Source: Candidatus Falkowbacteria bacterium RIFOXYA2_FULL_47_19 (lineage in GTDB: Bacteria > Patescibacteriota > Patescibacteriia > Patescibacteriales > UBA12075). From it: a DNA stretch of 61,861 bases. Position numbers and translations under genes: made by a program. Each line of letters opens with the position of its first letter. Positions within the stretch are counted from its first letter, which is position 1. The DNA is taken from NCBI GenBank assembly GCA_001780275.1, contig MFGB01000008.1, positions 1 through 61,861 on the forward strand. The letters run 5' to 3'. The notes beneath the pieces are model-generated. The model searched no databases and was not told where the DNA came from. It was given only the letters and a program-made list of their open reading frames with translations. This document shows, piece after piece, positions 48,293 to 57,435 of the stretch.

Positions 48293-48553
48293 ATGTCAGA
48301 TAAAAAAAATACTAAGAAAGATGTATCAATCGAAGAAAAAATAAAAAAGGCTTTAGAAAAAGTCCGGCCGAGTCTGCAGGCGGACGGCGGCGACGTTGAA
48401 TTCGTGTCCTGGGATGAAAAAAGCGGGCAGGTAAAAGTGAGTCTGACCGGCATGTGCCTGCATTGCCCGATGTCGGCTATTACCCTGGAGCAGGGTATAG
48501 CGGTAGAAGTGAAAAACGCAGTACCGGAGGTTAAGAGCGTGGTACTTGGGTAG
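48293..48553 (+). CDS. NifU C-terminal/Nfu-type Fe-S carrier
   Basis: VRPSLQADGGDVE, GMCLHCPMS..TL..GI. Confidence 0.92.
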   Translation: MSDKKNTKKDVSIEEKIKKALEKVRPSLQADGGDVEFVSWDEKSGQVKVSLTGMCLHCPMSAITLEQGIAVEVKNAVPEVKSVVLG

Positions 48554-48556
48554 ATT

Positions 48557-48587
48557 CTCGTAACTCATAACTCATAACTCGTAACTT
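48557..48587. repeat. Heptamer array (CTCRTAA)4
   Basis: ctcgtaa ctcataa ctcataa ctcgtaa; same unit as at 21513 and 42842. Confidence 0.85.
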
Positions 48588-48595
48588 TTACGTTT

Positions 48596-49837
48596 ATGTC
48601 GAAAATATACTTAGACCATAGCGCCACCACCCCGGTGGAGAAAAGCGTAATGGACGCCATGATGCCGTATTTCCGGGAAATTTACGGCAACCCTTCTTCG
48701 ATCCATTCTTTCGGACAGGAAGCCATGGCCGGAGTCGATAAAGCCCGAACGGAAGTTGCTAAATTTTTGAACGCTGAACCAGGCGAGATAATATTCACTT
48801 CCGGCGCGACCGAATCGGACAATCTGGCCGTCAAAGGGGTCATAAAAGCCCTGCGGCAAAAGACAAAAAATCCCCGGCCGATGCACGTCATAACCTCCCT
48901 GGTCGAACACGACGCCGTTTTAAAGCCCTGCATGGAACTCGAAAAGGAAGGGGTCGAAGTAACTTATATTAAGGTCAAACCCAACGGCGTGGTGGACCTG
49001 GAACATTTTAAAGAATCACTTAAAGACAACACGATTCTGGTATCGATCATGTGGGTAAATTCGGAAGTGGGCGCGGTCATGCCCATACGGGAGATCGGCA
49101 AGATCATCCGGAAGCGGAATGAAGAACGCGAACGTAATTGGAAAAAGCTTGGACCTAAGGAGCGCGGAGAACGTCCGGAGCCGGTTTATTTCCATACTGA
49201 CGCCACTCAAGCGGTAAATTTTTTTTCCTGCGACGTCAAATGGAATTATATCGATCTTCTTTCCCTCTCCGGCCATAAGATTTACGGCCCCAAAGGCGTA
49301 GGAGCGCTTTACCGCCGGACCGGAGTTCCTTTGTCCGTTCTTCAAAACGGCGGGCACCAGGAGAACGGCCTTCGCTCCGGCACCTTAAACACTCCCGGAA
49401 TCGTGGGTTTGGGCGCGGCTATTGCCGCCTTAGATAAAGAATCGCAGGAAAAAAACAATAAAAAAATAGTCGTTTTGCGCGATCTTTTCGTGGACGGCGT
49501 CATTAAAAACGTGCCTGATGCCGTCCTTAATACCGACCGGAAGAATTCCACTCCCTCGCACGCCCATTTTTCGTTTTTAGGCGTAGAAGGGGAGTCGATC
49601 CTTATGTCCCTTGATCTTTCGGGCATAGCGGTGTCGACAGGGTCGGCTTGCGCTTCGGGAAGCCTTAAGGCTTCGCACGTTTTGATCGCTATGGGCATCA
49701 AGGTTGAGGTTGCCCATAACTCGATCCGTTTTACTTTTGGCAAGCATAATACGGAAGACGAGATCAGGAGGGTTATAGATGAATTGCCTCCGATCATCAA
49801 GCGCTTGCGTGACATGAACCCGTTATATAAAAAATAA
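48596..49837 (+). CDS. iscS: Cysteine desulfurase (IscS/NifS, group I)
   Basis: YLDHSATTP, GNPSS.H, FTSGATESDN, EHDAV, SGHKIYGPKG, RSGT.N, STGSAC.SGS. Confidence 0.95.
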   Translation: MSKIYLDHSATTPVEKSVMDAMMPYFREIYGNPSSIHSFGQEAMAGVDKARTEVAKFLNAEPGEIIFTSGATESDNLAVKGVIKALRQKTKNPRPMHVITSLVEHDAVLKPCMELEKEGVEVTYIKVKPNGVVDLEHFKESLKDNTILVSIMWVNSEVGAVMPIREIGKIIRKRNEERERNWKKLGPKERGERPEPVYFHTDATQAVNFFSCDVKWNYIDLLSLSGHKIYGPKGVGALYRRTGVPLSVLQNGGHQENGLRSGTLNTPGIVGLGAAIAALDKESQEKNNKKIVVLRDLFVDGVIKNVPDAVLNTDRKNSTPSHAHFSFLGVEGESILMSLDLSGIAVSTGSACASGSLKASHVLIAMGIKVEVAHNSIRFTFGKHNTEDEIRRVIDELPPIIKRLRDMNPLYKK

Positions 49838-49854
49838 ATTCGTTAAAGCCTGAA

Positions 49855-49894
49855 AAGAAAACACGCACCGGAGCTACCGGCGCGTGTTTTCTTT
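49855..49894 (+). terminator. Intrinsic terminator after iscS
   Basis: AAGAAAACACGC.CCGG-loop-CCGG.GCGTGTTTTCTTT. Confidence 0.75.
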
Positions 49895-50058
49895 GTTCGA
49901 AAGAACATACGGTAAATTACTAATTTATAAGGGCATATGAATTAATATTATCTAAGTAATTACGATCCGTTTCTCCTTAACATAGGGATTGTTAATCGCT
50001 AATGTTCATTAGTAATTACCAATTAATTTATACCATGAAAGAGTTAATTTTAAATTAA

Positions 50059-50101
50059 AATAAACATCCCTCAGGTTTTTAAAGCTTGAGGGATGTTTAT
50101 T
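50059..50101. terminator. Strong hairpin / probable terminator
   Basis: AATAAACATCCCTCAGG ... CTTGAGGGATGTTTATT. Confidence 0.55.
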
Positions 50102-50414
50102 TAACAAAGTGGTTAAAGTTTTTTTAATAAAGAACCGCCCTTACATGTAAATAATCTTGTGCTTGCCCTGTTTAAATGCATGCCCTTAACAGGGGTTTAT
50201 GTTTAGTGGGTAATTTAATGATCTTCGGCCATAGCCTTTTTAAGACTGACGATGCCGATAGAATCATTTGATCATATCTTTCCATAAGAATATTAATAAT
50301 ATATTATATAAAAATTAAAAACAAATTAAATTAAATATTATTTAATATTAGCTTAAATATCAGTAAATTGCATAAATTATGAAAAAAAGCTCCGGCTGGG
50401 GAGCTTAAGTTTGA

Positions 50415-51491
50415 TCATTTTTTCTGTGGTTTTAAATATTTTTGTTTTCTTTTTTCGATCTCCGGCGCCATTTTTTCAATGACGAACTTTTTAAAACCCT
50501 CCAGTTCCAGAAAGATCTTTGACGGTTCGACCAAATAGCCCTCAAAAGGTCCGTAGTTTTCTTTGGGGAATATCCAGTAGATATCTTTATTGGTATCCTG
50601 GGCTTCGCGGGTTTCGTCGATGACACCTGCCGTAAAAACCAGTTTCGCAATATAGGCGATACAAAGCTCGGATTGGCCGATATGCCAATAGCGGTCGCGA
50701 ATGACCGTTTGGTTGTTGCGGGTGCGCAGGTCGTCGGGTGTGGCCGCTTTTGTCCGTTTGATATCGATCGTTAAGGGATCGAAGATTACAAAATATTTCC
50801 AGAGCCAACGGATGAATTCGCGGACCGCCTTGAGTTCTTCCTCGTCCAGATGGCTGATCGGCATCTGCGCGTAAACCCGCGGCCGCCACGGCTCCAGGGC
50901 CAGATAATAAAGAGTTTCTTCGGGCTGGGTAACCGGGATCGTAAAATATGGCTTCGGTTTTTTTCCGAAGAGGAAGCGATAGTTTTCGGTATTATTGACC
51001 TCGCAGTTTTGCCAGAGCCAAACCAGCTGTTCGGTCAGGTGCTGGTTTTGCCATTGTTCGCGCTTGTTCAGAGTTTCAATGATCGTATCCGCCGAATCAA
51101 TGAAGCAGACGAACATATCCGGATTAAATTCTTTCATGTAGTGGATATTATAAGCCGGGTGATAGGCATCTTTCCAGAAGAAGACGGTATGCAGATTGAT
51201 GATCACTATATCATTTTCCGCACGGTCTTTTTCAATCTGCGCCAGTATCACGCGAAAGACGGCGGCGCGCAAAGCGTTCAGGGTGGAGCGGGGAGCGTCC
51301 AGGACCTTTCCCGGCGTCAGGTTTATGCTGTTTATTTTGGCTTCTTCCAATATCATGTCGCCGACATTATAGATTTTGATCTTTTTGCCGTCCGCCTCGG
51401 CCAATTTAGCGAGGCGCGAGAGATGTTCTTTGCGGCCGCAACCGGAGATGCCGGTGGACCAGACGAGGGTGCCGTGTTTTTCTTTATCCAT
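50415..51491 (-). CDS. Fusion of P-loop NMP-kinase-like domain and nucleoside deoxyribosyltransferase/N-glycosidase-like domain
   Basis: N-terminal TGISGCGRK, NVGDMI, NLH; C-terminal VYAQMPIS, IFDP, RDRYWHIGQSE, TAGVIDE; 1-bp overlap with deoC. Confidence 0.6.
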   Translation of the reverse strand: MDKEKHGTLVWSTGISGCGRKEHLSRLAKLAEADGKKIKIYNVGDMILEEAKINSINLTPGKVLDAPRSTLNALRAAVFRVILAQIEKDRAENDIVIINLHTVFFWKDAYHPAYNIHYMKEFNPDMFVCFIDSADTIIETLNKREQWQNQHLTEQLVWLWQNCEVNNTENYRFLFGKKPKPYFTIPVTQPEETLYYLALEPWRPRVYAQMPISHLDEEELKAVREFIRWLWKYFVIFDPLTIDIKRTKAATPDDLRTRNNQTVIRDRYWHIGQSELCIAYIAKLVFTAGVIDETREAQDTNKDIYWIFPKENYGPFEGYLVEPSKIFLELEGFKKFVIEKMAPEIEKRKQKYLKPQKK

Positions 51492-52138
51492 TAGTTCGCC
51501 TCCGTCATCATCGCGGCGCCGGAACTCGTGCCGATGATATCGGCGCCGGCGTTGATCATCTTAACCGCGTCGGTAAGGGTTTTGATATCGCCGGCCGCTT
51601 TGACCAGAAGTCCGGGAGCGGCTTTTTTCATGATCTCCACGTGCCGCGCCTTATCGTCCAGGCTAACCGGCGGGCCCATACCGGTCGAAGTTTTGACGGC
51701 CATGGCGCCCGAATCCGCGACAAGTTTAGCCAATTCGGCGATCTCCCGGTCGTTCCAGTAGCCGGTTTCAATGATTACCTTGGCGGGCAGGATTTTGTTG
51801 ATGGCGCTGATTTCATACTTGATGACACCGGGACGTTTATCGCGAAAAGCGCCGAGGTTAATTACCGGATCTATTTCGTCAGCGCCGTTACTCACAGCTA
51901 TGATCGTCTGGTTCATCTTGGCGGCGATACCGCCCGCGCCCAGAGGGAAATCCACGACCACCGCGATCTTTTTGCCGAGAAGCTGTCCGCCTGCGAACTG
52001 CAGGCGTCCCAGGTTGATGCAGATCCCGCGAAAGCCGTATACATGGACCTCCGCGCAGAGTTTTATGATATCAGCCTCGGAAGCGTTCGCTTTCAGGTTG
52101 GTACTGTCTATCGCGGCCGCCACTTGTTTTTTATCCAT
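51491..52138 (-). CDS. deoC: Deoxyribose-phosphate aldolase
   Basis: IDSTNLK, VDFPLG, GADEID.VIN, KVIIETG, VKTSTG, VKAAG, IGTSSG. Confidence 0.93.
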   Translation of the reverse strand: MDKKQVAAAIDSTNLKANASEADIIKLCAEVHVYGFRGICINLGRLQFAGGQLLGKKIAVVVDFPLGAGGIAAKMNQTIIAVSNGADEIDPVINLGAFRDKRPGVIKYEISAINKILPAKVIIETGYWNDREIAELAKLVADSGAMAVKTSTGMGPPVSLDDKARHVEIMKKAAPGLLVKAAGDIKTLTDAVKMINAGADIIGTSSGAAMMTEAN

Positions 52139-52391
52139 CTTTTCCTCCTCTTAAGCCTCTGTTTGAAGCTCAAAAAAATTGTTGTCAACGAACTTTTTGT
52201 TTATATAATTTAAACATAATTATTTTGCTTTGTCCAAGGAGATGTCAATTTTTTTAATACTTTAAGAAATCCACCGGCGAAGCCGGTCGTCCACGGTTAC
52301 GTATTGTGGACGAAGTCAGATATGCTCATTTTAGAAATAAACGGATTCGAAATATATCGAAAGTGAGTTTGCCCGTATGATCGTTGTTGTT

Positions 52392-52515
52392 TGTCATTCC
52401 CGCGAAAGCGGGAATCCAGGGGTGGGCGGAATCAACCATATATTACGTATGCGATTATTGGTACGGTTCAATCCTGGATCCCCGATATCCGCCTCGGGCG
52501 GATTCGGGGATGACA
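52392..52515. repeat. TGTCATTCCCGCGAAAGCGGGAATCCAG...CTGGAT..GGATGACA palindromic element (dRS3/REP-like)
   Basis: Terminal inverted repeats TGTCATTCCC / GGGGATGACA with internal hairpins. Confidence 0.8.
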
Positions 52516-52533
52516 AATTAACGTTTTGGAAAA

Positions 52534-52587
52534 GAGGACGAAGTCCGTTAACTTATAATTCCACCGACGAAGTCGGTGTGTAGTTTA
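52534..52587 (+). repeat. Dispersed ~50-bp double-hairpin repeat, copy 2
   Basis: GAGGACGAAGTCCG..ATTCCACCGACGAAGTCGGTG..TAGTTT; matches 2918-2969, with a partial copy at 52268-52317. Confidence 0.75.
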
Positions 52588-52632
52588 ATAAAAAAAGCCC
52601 GGCTTTAACTGGGCTTGTTGTTAGTTATTTTT

Positions 52633-52872
52633 TTATGCGAATTTTCCGCGAGTGCCGTATTTATAGGTCAGTCTATAACCGTTATACTCTTGGGGCAAGA
52701 AAGGCAATATCAATTTGTCGGTTTCTTTAGAAATTGAAACTTCAATCATCCAAGTATTTCCGTCTTTCCGGAGAGACGTGCCGTCACCCATAATTACGCC
52801 TTTTTCACAAAGCAGGTCATCAAGTTCTTGGGCGGCCTGATTTGCCCGTTCCATATCTTCCCACGTAGTCAT
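52633..52872 (-). CDS. Hypothetical protein
   Basis: 79 aa, SD AGGGG, hairpin downstream. Confidence 0.6.
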   Translation of the reverse strand: MTTWEDMERANQAAQELDDLLCEKGVIMGDGTSLRKDGNTWMIEVSISKETDKLILPFLPQEYNGYRLTYKYGTRGKFA

Positions 52873-52964
52873 TTTGTACCCCCTGAATAATATTTAGCTA
52901 TTAACAAAAGATCAATTTTGATTCTGCTTATTCGGTTTATTTGAGATTAGTACAAATGTACCGG

Positions 52965-54941
52965 TTAGTCAAGGTCTATTCCTCTATATTTAAACACAAA
53001 AACATCGTTATTGAACTCCTGCCAGGAGTCGGCTTCCAGCTTGGCCTCGTTGAGGATCTTCGGGAATGCCCACCAGTATTTATTGAGCACGAAGTAGGCC
53101 GTGTCTGCGCCGACCAGGTCCGCCGCGGCTAAGGCCACAGAGCGTTCCGGTTTTTTGTAAACCATGTCCAGAAAAAATCCATAAAGCGGCCCGCCAGTGG
53201 GAATCGGATAGTAGAATATCTCATCTTTATAGTATTTTTTAAAACCGAATTCTTTTAAGGCCGCCGCCGAGACCTGCTGGTTCGCCAATACGATATAATC
53301 GCTATCGCCGGCATCCGTGTTTATCCAGCGAACAGCATTGATATCATCAGCGCTTACCGAAAAGCCCCGGGAATTAAAATAATTGTCCAGGCGGGGATAA
53401 GACAGATAGAGAGAGGCCGTAAGCGTTAGCGCGCCGAATCCGATCCAGGCGTAACGGATAAACCGGTTTTGGCGCCCCACCGCGTTCACTAAATAGTGAA
53501 TTGAGAGAAGGACATAAGGCAGGAGAAAAAATAACGCTACCGTCAGGATGCGTCCGGCGTAATCCCCGCGTTCATAATAGATAAGGAAATCGAACGGCAG
53601 CCGGACGGTTAAAAAATAGGAAACGAGAAGCGAGCCGGCCATGGACAGATAAAGCGAGAATAACCGGCATTCGCGCTTATATTTCCGGGAGATCAAAAAT
53701 CCGGATAAAACCAGAGCCAGGATAACGACCGCGATATTGGCGCCGTAGAGATAAACGAAATTCAGTATGAAATCTTCCTCTCCCGGCACGAAGAGCGCCG
53801 ATAACTCCGGGGTGTCCGCGGGCGATTCCGCCGTTCCGCCAGCCGGAGTTTTTCCCCGGTTAAGCAGGAAAAAGGCTAGGGGCAAAGCGGCGGCGTTTAA
53901 GAGGAGGATCAGGCGGTTAAGATTCGGTTTTATGCTTTTTATGTCGCTATGGTAGACGGTAAGGATAAGGGCGAACATCAGGGCGGGTATTCCGGCGACC
54001 GGCTGGGTAGCGAGAGCGGCGAAAGCCAGAAGGTAAACAATCGCGAGATCGCGGGCATGGGCACAGGAGAGGCCGCGGATTATGGCCAGAAGCAGGAAGA
54101 GATAAGCCAGGTTTTGCGGAGTGGTAACTATAAAAATCGAAAAAGGGATCACGAGAATCAATAAAACTGTCAGTCCGATCCGGGAAGCGTCACTGAACCA
54201 TCTGCCGAGCAATTTTAATAATTCCCATGGCAGATAAACGGCAGCCAATAGCGGTACGAGCCATTTTTGCAGGGATTCTATCGGAATAAAGGAGATTTTA
54301 TGGATAATCGTTATAAGGGCGTATTGGCCGAGATAATAGAACGGCTTGGGCGTAACGGCGCCGGTTTTATCGATAAGGTCCATGGTAGCGCCATGGATAA
54401 AAGGATCAAAACCGAAACCGAGTTCATAGACAATGGCCGCAACCCCGAAAGACAGGAAATAATGGGTCATCAGCAGGAAACCGATCATCGGACCGCCGAT
54501 TCTGTCCGCGCGGGCGAGAATGAACATTAAAACGATCGTGGCCGAAAAAAAGAACGTGAAAAAGAAACCCGGTACAACCTCCCAGGGGGAAATAATGGCC
54601 AGATCGGTCGTGTTCGTAAAAAGCACGGCGAAGCAAGAGCCGGTAAAAAGGGCATAAAGAAACACTAAAACAGCCGACCAGGTACCCGGAGCCGGTTTTG
54701 CCGGCTCTTTTACCGTATGGCCGACATTATTATTTAACCGTCCGCGCCGGTACCCCCAAAAAAACAAAACGGCCGCGCCCCCCAGGGCTAATGCCAGACT
54801 AAGCATAACGCCGACGGAATCAAGCGCGTAAACGCGGTAAACGGCCGCGCCTATCGCTGATATCAGGCAGACGAGAACAAGTAAGTGCGTAAATAGTTCT
54901 TTTATTTCTTTAATAAACATTTTAGCTCTCTCTAATATCAA
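52965..54941 (-). CDS. Large polytopic membrane protein (possibly GT-C-like glycosylation protein)
   Basis: >12 TM segments, GFDPFIH loop, soluble C-terminal domain; start uncertain (TTG 54941 or a downstream ATG). Confidence 0.7.
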   Translation of the reverse strand: MILERAKMFIKEIKELFTHLLVLVCLISAIGAAVYRVYALDSVGVMLSLALALGGAAVLFFWGYRRGRLNNNVGHTVKEPAKPAPGTWSAVLVFLYALFTGSCFAVLFTNTTDLAIISPWEVVPGFFFTFFFSATIVLMFILARADRIGGPMIGFLLMTHYFLSFGVAAIVYELGFGFDPFIHGATMDLIDKTGAVTPKPFYYLGQYALITIIHKISFIPIESLQKWLVPLLAAVYLPWELLKLLGRWFSDASRIGLTVLLILVIPFSIFIVTTPQNLAYLFLLLAIIRGLSCAHARDLAIVYLLAFAALATQPVAGIPALMFALILTVYHSDIKSIKPNLNRLILLLNAAALPLAFFLLNRGKTPAGGTAESPADTPELSALFVPGEEDFILNFVYLYGANIAVVILALVLSGFLISRKYKRECRLFSLYLSMAGSLLVSYFLTVRLPFDFLIYYERGDYAGRILTVALFFLLPYVLLSIHYLVNAVGRQNRFIRYAWIGFGALTLTASLYLSYPRLDNYFNSRGFSVSADDINAVRWINTDAGDSDYIVLANQQVSAAALKEFGFKKYYKDEIFYYPIPTGGPLYGFFLDMVYKKPERSVALAAADLVGADTAYFVLNKYWWAFPKILNEAKLEADSWQEFNNDVFVFKYRGIDLD

Positions 54942-55122
54942 GTGTTCGATATATTTTTATTATATAACAAAGAATCATTGTTGACTATATTTTTCCAGGA
55001 AGATCGTTTAATCATAGGTTAATGTGCGCTTGTTAACATGCTTTTTAGTTAGGGATGCGTTTTCCGGAGGGTAAAAATATTTTTAAAAAGGGGAACAACG
55101 AACGATAACAAGGAGAAGATCG

Positions 55123-55512
55123 ATGGAACCGGAAGAATGCCGCGTTTTAATAATAAAAGGAAGCGAAGAAATAAGAATGTACACCAAGGAGATTCTGGAG
55201 AAGATAAATTTTAAAGCGCGAAATATCTTCATGCCGGACAATACCGATAAAGCTTTAGAATTGATAAAAGCCGGTTCTATAAATTTAGTCTTGTCAGAGT
55301 CTGAGAGCGGCTTTGAACTGCTTCGTGGTCTTAAAAGAACAGGCTTAAGAGAAAGGATAACCTTCATATTTTATACCGGAGGAGGAGAGGCTTACGCCCG
55401 AAAAATTACCGAAAAATACGGAGCGGACGGGTTCATTGTCTTGCCGATAACCCTTGATATTTTCAGTGAAAAAATAACGCGGATATTAAAAAAAATGCAA
55501 TGGCACATTTAA
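55123..55512 (+). CDS. Degenerate receiver (CheY-like) domain protein
   Basis: RVLII, ALELIK....LVLSE, SGFELL..LK, IFYTG, GADGFIVLP; the phospho-Asp and conserved Lys are replaced. Confidence 0.7.
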   Translation: MEPEECRVLIIKGSEEIRMYTKEILEKINFKARNIFMPDNTDKALELIKAGSINLVLSESESGFELLRGLKRTGLRERITFIFYTGGGEAYARKITEKYGADGFIVLPITLDIFSEKITRILKKMQWHI

Positions 55513-55587
55513 CCTTAATTGCCGAACCGAAATACCGGGTTCGGTTTTTTCTTGCCTAAAAAATATTTTTTTGTTAATATTAGACTA

Positions 55588-57366
55588 ATGAAATTAAAAG
55601 TGATTAGAAAATTTTCCATGACAAAAAACAGGCGGGGGATCATCATCGTGGCTTTGGCCGCGATTCTTTTTGCTGTCGGCGTTGGCAGCTTCAACTACCG
55701 GACGCAGACCGACGGTTTCATCAAGTGGACATCTCCGGACGAAAACGCGAATTACGTTTTCGCGAAATTATACGCGGATTCCGGCCGGTTAAGCCTGTAC
55801 GAAGAATATAATCTGCGGGTCGGCGATATTATGCACCCCCGGAGCATGCGTTCTTCGGAAGGGGAAATAAAGCCGGTCAGTTTTTGGGGGATAATTTTGA
55901 TTTACGGAAAGATCGGCAGTCTTTTGGGAACAGGGATAATCCCGTATCTGACCCCGATCATAGCCGGTATCGGCCTTATATTCTTTTACTTGTTGATCAA
56001 AAAGATATTCGGACGGATCAATGCCCTTCTTTCGGTTTTTTTGCTGGCTTCTTTTCCGCCTTTTATTTACTACAGCGCGCATAGCATGTTCCACAACGTT
56101 TTATTCACTGTGTTATCGGTGATCGGGCTGTATTTTACAGTTACGGCGGTAAGTTATCCTGATAACCCCGGACAAGCGGAAAAACGCGGTTTGGCAACGT
56201 CCGTAAAACGATTAAAATACGACTGGCGTTCCTGGGTCCTGGCGGCTTTGGGGGGAGTTTTTATCGGCTTGGCGGCGATCACCAGAACGTCGGAAATATT
56301 ATGGTTGGCGCCTTTACTATCGTTAATGTGGATCATGAACATAAAAAGAACGGGAATTATCAAATTGGCGATATTCCTCTCGTTTTTATTTTTAGCCTCC
56401 CTTCCGGGACTTTATTATAACCAGGTTTTTAACGGCGGCTGGTTATACGGCGGTTACGCCGAGATGAACCGGTCGCTCGACACTATCGCCCGGGCCGGGA
56501 CGGATATCGTCAGGGGCGGAGAATTCCTTTGGGGCGATCTCGCCGGTAAAATATTCGATAATATTTTTCACTTCGGCTTTCACCCTCGCCAAAGCTTAAT
56601 GATGTTTTACCGTTATTTCATTAATATGTTCCCATGGATTTTCTGGCCGGGGATCCTGGGACTCTTTTTATTTTTAGGTAAATACCTGAGGCGCAAGGCG
56701 AAGATGAAATATAAGCATAAAGTATATTTATCGGCTTATTTTATCATTATGCTTATTCTGGTTTTTTACTATGGCAGTTGGAAGTTCCACGATAACCCGG
56801 ACCCGAATCAATTCACCATCGGCAATTCCTATACCCGTTACTGGCTCCCGGTTTATCTCGGATTTTTGCCTTTCGCGAGCCTGGCCATCATGAAATTCGC
56901 CCGCGCGATCGGTAATTTTGCCGGCGGCCGGACTTACCGCGGGTTTTACCGCGGAGTTCCGCGCGCGGCCGCGGTTTTCACGATCGTGGTTCTTTCCCTC
57001 CGGTTCGTGTTGTGGGGTTCCGGCGAGGGCCTTTTTTACCAGTCACGCCGCCAGGAGGCCGCGCGCGTGGAGTTCGGCCGGATAATCGAACTTACCGAGG
57101 ATAATGCCGTTATCATCACGAGCTATCACGATAAGCTGTTATTCCCGGAACGGAAAGTTATCGTCGGTTTGTTCGACTCTACGGAGATGGTGTTGCTCTA
57201 TTCCCGTCTGGCGCGATTTTTACCGCTTTATTATTATAATTTTATTTTACCGGAAAAGGACATGGAATATCTGAACACCCGCCGTCTCGGGGAAGCGGGA
57301 CTGGGTATCGAAAAGATCGAAAATATCACCGAAGATTTCGCCTTATACCGTTTGAACCCAGAATAA
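55588..57366 (+). CDS. GT-C fold glycosyltransferase (ArnT/PMT-like)
   Basis: SPDE after the first TM, multiple TM helices, RYWLP motif; start at ATG 55588 or 55618. Confidence 0.75.
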   Translation: MKLKVIRKFSMTKNRRGIIIVALAAILFAVGVGSFNYRTQTDGFIKWTSPDENANYVFAKLYADSGRLSLYEEYNLRVGDIMHPRSMRSSEGEIKPVSFWGIILIYGKIGSLLGTGIIPYLTPIIAGIGLIFFYLLIKKIFGRINALLSVFLLASFPPFIYYSAHSMFHNVLFTVLSVIGLYFTVTAVSYPDNPGQAEKRGLATSVKRLKYDWRSWVLAALGGVFIGLAAITRTSEILWLAPLLSLMWIMNIKRTGIIKLAIFLSFLFLASLPGLYYNQVFNGGWLYGGYAEMNRSLDTIARAGTDIVRGGEFLWGDLAGKIFDNIFHFGFHPRQSLMMFYRYFINMFPWIFWPGILGLFLFLGKYLRRKAKMKYKHKVYLSAYFIIMLILVFYYGSWKFHDNPDPNQFTIGNSYTRYWLPVYLGFLPFASLAIMKFARAIGNFAGGRTYRGFYRGVPRAAAVFTIVVLSLRFVLWGSGEGLFYQSRRQEAARVEFGRIIELTEDNAVIITSYHDKLLFPERKVIVGLFDSTEMVLLYSRLARFLPLYYYNFILPEKDMEYLNTRRLGEAGLGIEKIENITEDFALYRLNPE

Positions 57367-57435
57367 GCGGAACAATGAGATCATCCTGTCCGCCTTAAGT
57401 GCGGTTTTTTTTATTATTATGGTATAATATTGTAT

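Noticed and set aside
52377-52583. 68-aa ORF (CHSRESGNP...)
   Set aside because: It is the translation of the palindromic repeat element, not a credible gene.
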